From NCBI GenBank assembly GCA_963732375.1, contig CAVSZE010000008.1, positions 3,940 to 67,939 of the forward strand: a stretch of 64,000 bases of DNA, given 5' to 3'. Under the pieces are notes generated by a model. The model saw nothing but the letters and a program-made list of their open reading frames with translations, was not told the origin of the DNA and did not search any database. Origin of the DNA: an uncultured Gammaproteobacteria bacterium. GTDB lineage: Bacteria > Pseudomonadota > Gammaproteobacteria > Steroidobacterales > Steroidobacteraceae. This document shows positions 29,254-39,000 of the stretch, one piece after another. Both the position numbers and the translations under genes were made by a program. Every line of letters begins with the position of its first letter. The stretch's first letter is position 1.

Positions 29254-31359
29254 ATGAATATCGAAGTTCTCCGGCTACGGATCATTGCGGTGGTGGCAAG
29301 TGCGGCGGTGATGGCTGTCAGCGCCGCGGCCCTGGCGGATCCGCCGTCGCGCGTCGCTCGTCTGGGCTACACGACCGGCCCGGTAAGCTTTTCACCAGCG
29401 GGCGAGAATGACTGGTTCGATGCGGTGATCAACCGGCCTCTCACCAGCGGCGACCGGCTCTGGGTGGATGAAGGCGCCCGGGCCGAACTCCAGGTGGGCG
29501 GAGCCATGATTCGGATGGACGCCGGTACCGGTGCGTCCATTCTGAACATGGACGACCAAATCGCCCAGCTGCAGCTCACGCAGGGCAGGTTGAATGTGCG
29601 TGTGCTTCGCCTGGAGCCCAGGCAGGTGTTCGAAGTCGACACGCCCAATCTCGCCTTCACGCCGCGACAACCGGGTGAATACCGGATCGATGTGGACCCC
29701 GACGGCAGTGCGACGACAATCGTCGTGCGCAGCGGGCAGGGAGAAGCCTACGGCGAACGTGCGGCCTACGTGATCGACTCACGGCAGTCCTATCGCTTCA
29801 TGGGTACCGGACTGCGCGCCTACGATTACTTCGATGCGCCGCAGTTTGACGACTTCGATCGCTGGTCGCGCAACCGTGACCAAATGTATGAAAACTCGAG
29901 TTCCGCGCGTTACGTTTCGCAGGACGTCATCGGCTACCAGGACCTGGATGCGAATGGCACCTGGCGGGTCAATGCGACTTTCGGCAACGTCTGGGTCCCG
30001 AATCGCGTGGCCGCCGGTTGGGCGCCGTACCGCGATGGACACTGGGCGTGGATCGACCCCTGGGGTTGGACGTGGATAGATGACGCCCCCTGGGGTTTCG
30101 CCGTGTCGCATTATGGCCGCTGGACGAATTTCGGCGGAACCTGGGGCTGGGTGCCCGGACCGATTCGTGCCCGCACGTACTATGCCCCGGCATTGGTCGT
30201 TTTCCTGGGCGGCAGCAACTTCCGGCTCCAGGGTTCCCACGGCAACGTCGGTGGAATCGCGTGGTTCCCGCTGGGGCCACGCGACGTCTATCGGCCGTCC
30301 TACCCGGTGAGCCGGCAGTATTTCCAGGACATAAACCGCAGCAATACGGTGATCAACAACACCGTCATCAACAACTATTACAATAATACGAACGCGACCA
30401 ACAATGTGTATGTCAACCGGCAGGTGCCCGGAGCCGTGGTCGCCGTACCGAGGACGGCGTTCGAACAATCGCAGCCGGTGGCCAGAGCAATGGTTCGCGT
30501 TTCCACGCAGTCGATCGCCAGTGAGCCGGTGGAATTCGCGCCGCGCGTGGCTCCGACGGAACGGAGTGTGCGTGGTGCGGCTTCCCGGCACGACAAGCCG
30601 CCGCCGCCCCGCGTGTTCGAGCGGCCAGTCGTCGCCCGCACCGCACCGCCGCCGGCGCATGTCGGATTCGCGGCTCAACAGCCGCAACTCCAGGCAAACC
30701 CTGGCATGCCGCTCGACGATAGTGCGCGCAGACAACTGAAGCGAAGTGCTGCCGCGCCCGCGCCGGTAGTCAACGTGATTGCGAAGGCGCCCGAAGCACC
30801 ACCGTCCGCGCTTCCGCCGCCGCCAGCACAAGCGCCCGAGCAGCGCGGCAAGTCCGCTCAACAGGGCAAGGCCGCGGCGCAACCGGGAAAGAGCGATCAG
30901 CGTGGACAGCCTGTCACTGCGACGCCGCCGACGCCACGGGATACGGCGCCACCTGTCAAGGCTGCATCACCACCGCAACACTCCACTGGGCCGCAGGTTG
31001 CGACGCCACCGGTTCATGCTCCCTCACCACCGCAACGCTCGACCGAGCCGCAGGTTGTACCGTCGAGGCAAGCCACGGTGCCGCCAGTGCCGCCCGTGCC
31101 GCCAGAGCAGCAGCACGGCAAGTCAAGCCAACAGGACAAGGGCGGGCAGCACGGAAAACCGGTCAACCCGACGCCGGCGGCACCGCAGGTTGCGGCACCA
31201 GCTATCGAAGCCACTCCGCCGCCGCAGGGCACCGTCCCGGCATCGGCGGCACCGCAACCGGCCACGCCCGAGCCGGTGCCCGCCACAGGCAAGAAGAAGG
31301 ACAAGAAGAAGGCGGTTGACGAACCGACGCCCGAGGAAGACGGCACTCAGAAACAGTAG
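29254..31359 (+). CDS. DUF6600-like exported protein with Trp-rich core and long Pro-rich tail
   Basis: ATG at 29254. Signal peptide. N-terminus PPSRVARLGYTTGPVSFSPAGENDWFDAVINRPLTSGDRLWVDEGARAELQ. Core HWAWIDPWGWTWIDDAPWGFAVSHYGRWTNFGGTWGWVPG. The C-terminal 250 aa are P/A/Q-rich with repeats. Confidence 0.65.
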   Translation: MNIEVLRLRIIAVVASAAVMAVSAAALADPPSRVARLGYTTGPVSFSPAGENDWFDAVINRPLTSGDRLWVDEGARAELQVGGAMIRMDAGTGASILNMDDQIAQLQLTQGRLNVRVLRLEPRQVFEVDTPNLAFTPRQPGEYRIDVDPDGSATTIVVRSGQGEAYGERAAYVIDSRQSYRFMGTGLRAYDYFDAPQFDDFDRWSRNRDQMYENSSSARYVSQDVIGYQDLDANGTWRVNATFGNVWVPNRVAAGWAPYRDGHWAWIDPWGWTWIDDAPWGFAVSHYGRWTNFGGTWGWVPGPIRARTYYAPALVVFLGGSNFRLQGSHGNVGGIAWFPLGPRDVYRPSYPVSRQYFQDINRSNTVINNTVINNYYNNTNATNNVYVNRQVPGAVVAVPRTAFEQSQPVARAMVRVSTQSIASEPVEFAPRVAPTERSVRGAASRHDKPPPPRVFERPVVARTAPPPAHVGFAAQQPQLQANPGMPLDDSARRQLKRSAAAPAPVVNVIAKAPEAPPSALPPPPAQAPEQRGKSAQQGKAAAQPGKSDQRGQPVTATPPTPRDTAPPVKAASPPQHSTGPQVATPPVHAPSPPQRSTEPQVVPSRQATVPPVPPVPPEQQHGKSSQQDKGGQHGKPVNPTPAAPQVAAPAIEATPPPQGTVPASAAPQPATPEPVPATGKKKDKKKAVDEPTPEEDGTQKQ

Positions 31360-31477
31360 CATTCCCGCGGGCCGGGGACCTTCAACTGAACAAGGGGCCG
31401 GTGCGTGCGCATCGGCCTCCGGCAATGAGAGCGGTGGATATCTGTCACGGGCGCTGAATCGAACGCCGAACCTCGGT

Positions 31478-32677
31478 TCAATCTCCGAGCAGTTCGGCCA
31501 GCGGTTGCAACTGCTTCACGTGCTGCGATACGACTTTTGCGATGACGATGAGAGGGACGCTGAGCAGCATTCCCCAGACACCCCACAGCCAGCCCCAGAA
31601 CAGCAGCGAAATGAACACGGCTGCCGGGTTCATGCTGGCGATGCGGCCGGTCATCCAGGTGGTCAGCAGGGTTCCGACGGCTGTCGCGATCGCCAGTGAC
31701 GCGCCGGCAACAAGCAGCGCCATTGGGACGGACTCGAATTGCATGAACGCAGCGAGCCCCGTTGCGACGGCTGTTGCTGCCGGGCCGAGGTACGGGACGA
31801 CGTGCAGCAGGCCCGCAACCACCGCCCAGGCCCCGGCGTTGTCGAGGCCGATCCAGCGAAACGCGATCCAGCTGAGCAGGCCGACCAGCAGGTTGGTCGT
31901 CAGGAACATGAGCATGAACTTCTGGATCGAGCCGTTGATGTCGTCGAGTATGTGAACGGCGATCTTCATTCGGGACAGTGACGGACCCACGATTCGAACC
32001 AGCTTCCGCCTGAATGTGTCGCCGCCGAGCAGCAGGAAAAAGACCAGGAAGGCGACCGCCGCCGCCTGTGCCATCGCGCCGACGGCGCCCATCGAGGTCT
32101 TCCACAGGAAGTCGTTGAGCTTGAAGCTTGGCTTGTCCACGATGACGTGGGTGGCCGCCTGATGCGGATCGGCGCCGGCAGCCTGCGACGTCGCTTTCTC
32201 CACCTTGGTGGCGGCATCCTGGATCGTTTTCAGGTTGCCGACCCGACTAAGCTGCATGCGTGACGTCCCCGCCGCGAACTGGGTCGCCGCCTCGGGGGCC
32301 TGGTCGATGATGGTCTGTACCTGTCCGCGCAACGAATAGGCGCCAAGGAACATTCCGCCGATCACGCTCCCCATCACGATGGCGGTGCCTATGCTGCGGG
32401 GTATCCGCACCACTTCCAACCAGGCAACCAGCGGCGTCAGCGCGTAGGAAATGACGATGCCGAGCATCAGTGGCACCAGCAAGCTTTGCGCCCAGGACAG
32501 GAACGCGACGCACGCGAGCGTCGCAAGGACCAGCAGCGGCAGGTTTCTCGCTGCCAGCGGCGGCCGTGATGCAGGAAGCTCGACGAGCGATGCATCGACG
32601 GTCGCGGATCCCGAAGGCTCCGCGGCGTGCGTGGAGTCGGCGTCGCCGCTAGCGGTTGGAATGGCAGCGGTGGTCAC
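31478..32677 (-). CDS. AI-2E family (PerM/UPF0118) transporter
   Basis: Multi-TM protein of about 399 aa with the typical C-terminal text GRIASMNPAAVFISLLFWGWLWGVWGMLLSVPL. Confidence 0.75.
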   Translation of the reverse strand: MTTAAIPTASGDADSTHAAEPSGSATVDASLVELPASRPPLAARNLPLLVLATLACVAFLSWAQSLLVPLMLGIVISYALTPLVAWLEVVRIPRSIGTAIVMGSVIGGMFLGAYSLRGQVQTIIDQAPEAATQFAAGTSRMQLSRVGNLKTIQDAATKVEKATSQAAGADPHQAATHVIVDKPSFKLNDFLWKTSMGAVGAMAQAAAVAFLVFFLLLGGDTFRRKLVRIVGPSLSRMKIAVHILDDINGSIQKFMLMFLTTNLLVGLLSWIAFRWIGLDNAGAWAVVAGLLHVVPYLGPAATAVATGLAAFMQFESVPMALLVAGASLAIATAVGTLLTTWMTGRIASMNPAAVFISLLFWGWLWGVWGMLLSVPLIVIAKVVSQHVKQLQPLAELLGD

Positions 32678-32719
32678 GGCCCACGACTTGAAGACGGGGT
32701 TCTTCGCGCGGGCGGCCTG

Positions 32720-32878
32720 TCACAGTCGTCCAAGCAGGAATAACACGAGGACGATGACGAGCAATACCCCTACGATTCCGCTCGGGCCGTAACCCCAGTT
32801 GCGCGCGTGCGGCCATGCAGGCAGAACGCCCAGGAGCGCGAGGACGAGAATGATCAACAGAATGGTACCGATACCCAT
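32720..32878 (-). CDS. DUF3309-family small membrane protein (52 aa)
   Basis: MGIGTILLIILVLALLGVLPAWPHARNWGYGPSGIVGVLLVIVLVLFLLGRL. ATG at 32878 after AAGGAG. Below the ORF-track cut-off. Confidence 0.7.
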   Translation of the reverse strand: MGIGTILLIILVLALLGVLPAWPHARNWGYGPSGIVGVLLVIVLVLFLLGRL

Positions 32879-33004
32879 GTCGTTCTCCTTCGATGGTCAT
32901 GACCGCCGTGGTGCCGGCGGCCGCGGTGGCACATTGCCTCTGGACGGTACGGGCGCTGCGTGGCGTGGTCTGTACGCCAACGCACTGATCAGGATCATGC
33001 CGAG

Positions 33005-36000
33005 TCAGCTCCGCGTCATGCCGAGAACCAGTCGCACGTGATGAGCACGGCCGTCGTTGACCAGTGCAATGACCACCGGACCCTCGACCAGCGTCTGGCC
33101 GTCGAGCTCCGCGTGGGCGATTCCCTGGCTGATGCGTTGCGGGTTCTCGACCACGATCGTGTAGGTGGTGTCGTGATGCCTGAAGATGATCTCGAATCCA
33201 GGCCAGTCGTCAGGAATGCAGGGTGCAAGGTGCAGGAAGCCGCCCTGTAGTCGAAACCCGAGGATCCACTCGAGTCCCGCCCGGTACATCCAGCCCGCCG
33301 AGCCCGTGTACCAGGTCCAGCCGCCGCGTCCCACATGAGGCGCCACGGAGTAGACATCGGCCGCTACGACATACGGCTCGACCTTGTAGCGATGCACGTC
33401 GGCCCGCGTCAGGGTGCGATTTACCGGATTCAGCATCGAGAACAAGTCCATCGCCCTGCCAGCCTGTCCGAGTTCGGCGAATGCAATCACCGACCAGGCT
33501 GCCGCATGCGTGTACTGGCCGCCGTTCTCGCGGATGCCGGGTGGGTAGCCCCTCACGTAGCCAGGGTCGACTGTCGACTGGTCGAAGGGTGGGGTGAACA
33601 GCAACGCGAGGCCCGCGTCGCGCTGGATCAGCAGCCGGTCCGCTTCCGCCATTGCACGGGCTGCTCGTTCCGGATTCGCTGCGCCGGAGATGACGCTCCA
33701 GGACTGGGCAATGGAATCGATCTGGCATTCGTCGCTGGAAGCGGATCCCAGTGGCGTCCCGTCATCGAAGTAGCCACGCCGATACCAGTCGCCATCCCAG
33801 GCCTGGTTGTCGAGTGACTCGCCCAGCGCCGCGGCGTGAGCCAGCCAGCGCGCGGCACGGGATTCCTCCCCGCGTGCCTGCGCCAGCGGCGCGAAAGCAT
33901 CGAGCGTCGCATACAGGAACCAGCCGAGCCAGGTGCTCTCGCCGCGCCCGGCTTCGCCCACCCGATTCATGCCGTCGTTCCAGTCGCCGGTCCCGATGAG
34001 CGGCAGGCCATGCGCGCCGACGGCGAGGCTCTGGTCCAGCGCGCGCGCGCAGTGCTCGTAAAGGGAAGCCGACTCATCGGCGATGGAGGGCTGGAAGTAC
34101 GAATCGTGTTCGCCGGGCCGCAGGGCCTGGCCTTCGATGAACGGGACGATTGCGTCGAGCACCGCGACGTCACCCGTGGTTGCAACGTAGCCCTGCACCG
34201 CGTGCGCGAGCCAGGCACGATCGTCGGAGATTCGCGTGCGAACGCCCTGGCCCGTAGCCGGAAGCCACCAGTGCTGCACGTCGCCTTCGGTGAACTGCCG
34301 GCCGGCGGCGCGCAGCAGGTGCTCGCGCGCGACTGCGGGCTGCGAGACGGCCAGCGCCATCGCGTCCTGGAGTTGATCGCGGAAGCCGTACGCGCCGCTG
34401 GCCTGGTAGAACGCCGATCGCGCCCACATGCGACAGGCAAGCGACTGGTAGAGCATCCATCGGTTGAGCATGACGTCCATCGAGCGGACCGGGGTATTCA
34501 CCTGGACGATGCCGAGCGTCTTGTCCCAGTACGCGCCCACGTCGCGGAAGACCGCTCCGAGGTCCGCGGCGCGGTAGCGCTCGATCAGCGCCTGTGCACC
34601 GGCGGTATCGGCCGCCTGCCCGAGCAGGACGACGACCTCGGTGGTGTCGCCGGGGGCGAGCCGAATGTGCGCACGAAGGGCACCGCACGGATCGAAGCCT
34701 GCACCTGTCTGCTGCGAAAGAGGGTTCGTCCCGCGCATCGCTGCCGGGTCCGCGAGCGTCCCGTGCGGACCGAGGAATTCGCGCCGGTTCCCGGTCCACT
34801 GCGTCTGGCGGCCGGCCAGGTCCGCGAAAGCCACTCGCGTCCCGAATCCGGAATTGTATGGATTCTGCGCGAACATCGCGCCCGTCCGCGCGTCCATCTC
34901 TGTATCGATGAAGGGTGCAGCGTCCGAGCGCGACGAGCCGAGCACCCATTCCACGTAAGCGGTGACCGAAAGCAGGCGCGTACGCGCGGAAGTGTTTCGA
35001 ATCGTCAGGCGCGAGATCTTGATGGGGTCCTCGAGCGGGACATACATCAGCAGGTCGAGCGCGACGCCGCGCGACTCGTGCTCGAACCGGCTGTATCCCT
35101 GGCCATGTCGCGCCGAGTAGAAAGCGGCACGGTCGTGAATCGGGGCCGCGGTCGGTCCCCACACCTCGCCGGTGTCCTCGTCGCGCAGGTAGATTGCTTC
35201 CCCCGGGCGATCGGTGACGGGATCGTTCGACCAGGGCGTGATCTGGTTCTCGCGACTGTTCTGCGACCACGTGAAGCCGCTGCCTTCCGCGGCCACCTGG
35301 AACCCGAACGCCGGATTGGCGACGACGTTGATCCACGGCGCAGGAGTCGATTGCCCGGGCGCGAGCAGCGCGACGTACTCGGTGCCGTGCGCCGCAAATC
35401 CCCCGAGACCGTTGAAGAACTCGAGTTCATCCGGCGCAGGCCCGGCCACCAGGTATTCGGCAGGCGGGGCCCGGCGCGGTGCGCGCGTCCTGCGCTGGAC
35501 GACCGGCGTGCGCGCGCGATCGAGCTGGTCCGACAGGCTGCCCCGCTGCGCAGCCAGCACGACGCGGGCCACCGAGAAGAGGGCCGCGCGCGTCGCAGCC
35601 GGGATGAGGTCGGTGCGCAGGATGAAGACCGAGCCACGTGCGTCGTCCGCCACTATCTGGCCGCGCGACCTGCTCGTGCGATGCAGCGCCTCCAGGGCGA
35701 CCTGCAGGTCCTGGATGTACGACGAGGCTCGTTCGTTCAGGATCACGAGGTCGACCGCCAGCTGCTTCATCCGCCAGTATTCGTGAGCCTGCAGCAGCTG
35801 GCGTGCGATCGCGAGGTCGTCGATGTCGTCGATCCGCAGCAATACGATGGGAAGGTCGCCGGAAATTCCCTGGCCCCAGAGTGCCGCCGGGCCGCAGCTG
35901 CCGCGTCGGATCGCGTCCGAGGACGGCCTCAGCGAGGCGTTGGCGAACAGTACGTGCCCCGCCAGTCGCTGGAACAGCCCGGCCTCGGTTGAGGTGATGC

Positions 36001-39000
36001 CGAGGTGCCGGAGTTGAACCTGCGCCTGCGTCCAGGCGAGCGTGCTCGCGCGCACGAAGGCATTGGCGTCGTGGTGCTTCTCCAGCAGGTCGAGCGCCTG
36101 CTGGCGGGTGCGCGCCGCGACGGTCCAGAAGGCGATACGGGCCGTCGCGCCGGCGGGCACGCGCAACCGGCAGCGCAGCGCAAAGACAGGGTCGAGCACG
36201 GTGCCGACTGTGTTCGAAAGTCGCCGGTCGTCCGCGAGCGCGATTGCGTCGCGGATCTCGCGCCCCCGGCCGAGGAATCGCGCCCGGTCGGTCTCGATCT
36301 CGACCGGACCGAGCGCCTCCCCTTCGACGATTGCCTGGTGACCCGCCCACACACGCGGCTCGTCGGGCGAACGCGGACGGCGCATCGCCAGGATTGCGCC
36401 GAGCCTGGCCACGTACTCCGTCTGGACGAAGAGCTTCGAGAACGCCTGGTGCGCGGCATCCGCGGCAGGCGGCGCCAGCACCAGTTCGCAATAGGAGGTC
36501 ACTTCGATGTCCCGCACACGATTGCCGCTGTTGGTGATCGAGAGACGGCGCACCTCGGCGTCGTCCTCGGGCGACACGACGACTTCGAGCAGTGTCGCGA
36601 TTCCCTGCTCGGTGCGCGCAATCTCGGCGCGGTCCTCGGAGAAACATGCCACGTAGCGGTCGGGCTCGGTGCCGCACGGCTGGTGACCGGCCGACCACAC
36701 GCGGCCGCTTTCCACGTCGCGCAGGAACAGGTAGCTGCCCGAGTCGTCGCGGGAAGGATCCTCGCGCCAGCGAGTGATGCCGAGGCCGCGCCAGCGGCTG
36801 TACCCGGATCCCGCGGCTGTCAGCATTACCGAATAGCGGCCGTTGGAGAGCAGGTGGGCCTGTGGCGTCCCGTCAAGCGCCGAATACAGCCGGCGTACCT
36901 TCGGGAACGGCAGGTCGCCGATTCGCGCTGCCGTCTGCACTTCCTCCGCCCTCGGGTGCGCCACGGAGACGTCGCGCGGCGTGCGCTCCTGCAGAAGCAA
37001 CTCAGTCGCCTGCACCTGCGGTTCCGCGTGGAAGCGATCGCGCATGATCCCGCCCAGCAGCACGTTGGCGATGGCGACCACGGTCATGCCCTGGTGGTGG
37101 GCCATGTACGCCCGCACGATGGCAAATTCGGCCCCGTCCCGCAGACGACTTCGCGTGTAGTCGAGCGCTTCGTAGTAGCCGTAGCGCCCGAGCGCCCCGA
37201 TTGACGCGAGTCGCGCGAGATTGGCGGCCGCTCGCGCGGGATCGACCATCGCCGCCAGCGCCGTCGCGTAAGGCGCCACGACGGCGTGCTCACTCAAGCC
37301 TCGCTTGAGTCCCAGGCCGGGCACGCCGAAGTTGGAATACTGGTAGGTGAGTTCCAGGTCGCGCGCGTTGTAGGCGGACTCGGAGACGCCCCAGGGGATG
37401 CCGAGCGTGTCGCCGTAGTCGACCTGGCGTTTCACGATCAGGTGGTTGGTCTGCGCAAGGAGGCTTCCGGCGGGCGCGCGCATCACCAGGGACGGCATCA
37501 GGTACTCGAACATCGACCCGGACCACGAGATCAGCGCTGCGCCGTGCCGGATGGCCGTGACCGGCCGCCCCAGTCGGAACCAGTGCCTCGTGGCGACGTC
37601 ACCCTTGGCGATGGCGAAGAAACTCGCCAGCCGCGCCTCGGAAGCGAGCAGGTCATAGCAACTCGGGTCCAGTGTGCCGTCAACGGCGCGGTACCCGATC
37701 GAAAGCAGCCTGCGCTGCGGGTCTACCAGGAAGCCGAACTCCATCGCGGCGGCGAGGTTTCTCGCGGTTGTCTCCAACTCTTCCAGGCGCCGTGCAAGGA
37801 TCCGCGCTGCGCCTTGCGTCTGCATGAAGTCACGACGCCAGCCCTGAATGGATCGCAACATTGCCTCCGACCAGAAGAGCAAATCGCCGCAGCCTTCATC
37901 CGATCCTCTGGGCGCGATGGGCCGGATGATCGCCACGAGTTGGACGGCGTGACCTGTAAGCGCCTGCAACTTGTCCGCGAGGCCGGCATCGGATACGTCG
38001 ATGCTTCGCAAACCAACATCGATCGCCTCGATCCGCTCCTCGAACCCGGGCCAGTCGATACGTTGGTCGGATGGACCGGCCGGAAGGGCGCGCTTCGCGT
38101 CGCGCAGCAGCAGCAACGAGTCGCGGACGCCGACTGCGGCGATCCGGTGCGCCACGGGTTGGGTCATCCAATCACGGGCGGCATTGGCCACGGTGACCAG
38201 GTGCGCAGCGAGGTTGCCGCTGTCGACCGTGGATACATAGCGCGGCTCGAGCGGCCGGAGGTCGCCGGTGTCGTACCAGTTGTAGAAATGGCCGCGGAAC
38301 CGCTGCAGCCGGTCGAGGACCGCGAAGGTCGCTTCCAGTCGCTCTAGGGTGTCAATCGTGCCGGCCCAGCCGAGGTCGCGTGAGCTGACGGCGGCGAGCA
38401 GGTACAGGCCGATATTCGTAGGCGAAGTTCGGTGCGCCACGACTGGATTTGGATCCTCCTGGAAGTTGTCCGGCGGCAGTTGGTTGTCTGCGGTAGTGAC
38501 GAACGTCTCGAAGTACCGCCACGTGCGGCGCGCGATCAGGCGCAGCGCATGCGCATCGGCAACGCCGACCGGGAACTCCTTGTCCGCGCTCGGGGCGCGA
38601 CTGATCCAGAGCGCGATGGCAGGGGAGGCGATCCACAGCAGCGCGAACGGGACCGCGATCCACGCCGCGCCGCTTCCGACAAAATACGCCGCGAGCGCGG
38701 CCGCGACCGTCGCGGCGACGCCGCCTGCCATCGTGCGGTAGAAGCCCGCGATGTCCGGCCTCTCGCTCAGCGACGCCTGTGCTGCGGTCACCCACTCCAG
38801 CAGGTCGCGGTGACTGACGAAGAGACGATAAAGCGTCCGGCCAATCGCGTCCGCCATCAGCCACGCCTGGTGCGGGAGGAAGGTGACCTGGAAGGCGGTC
38901 TGTCGTGCGGCGAGCCACAGGTCCTTGCCGAGCGCCCGGGTGTGGCTCCGCGCGGAGATGCCGGTCCTTCTCGGCACGATCTCGGCAGCGACCGGAAGCA

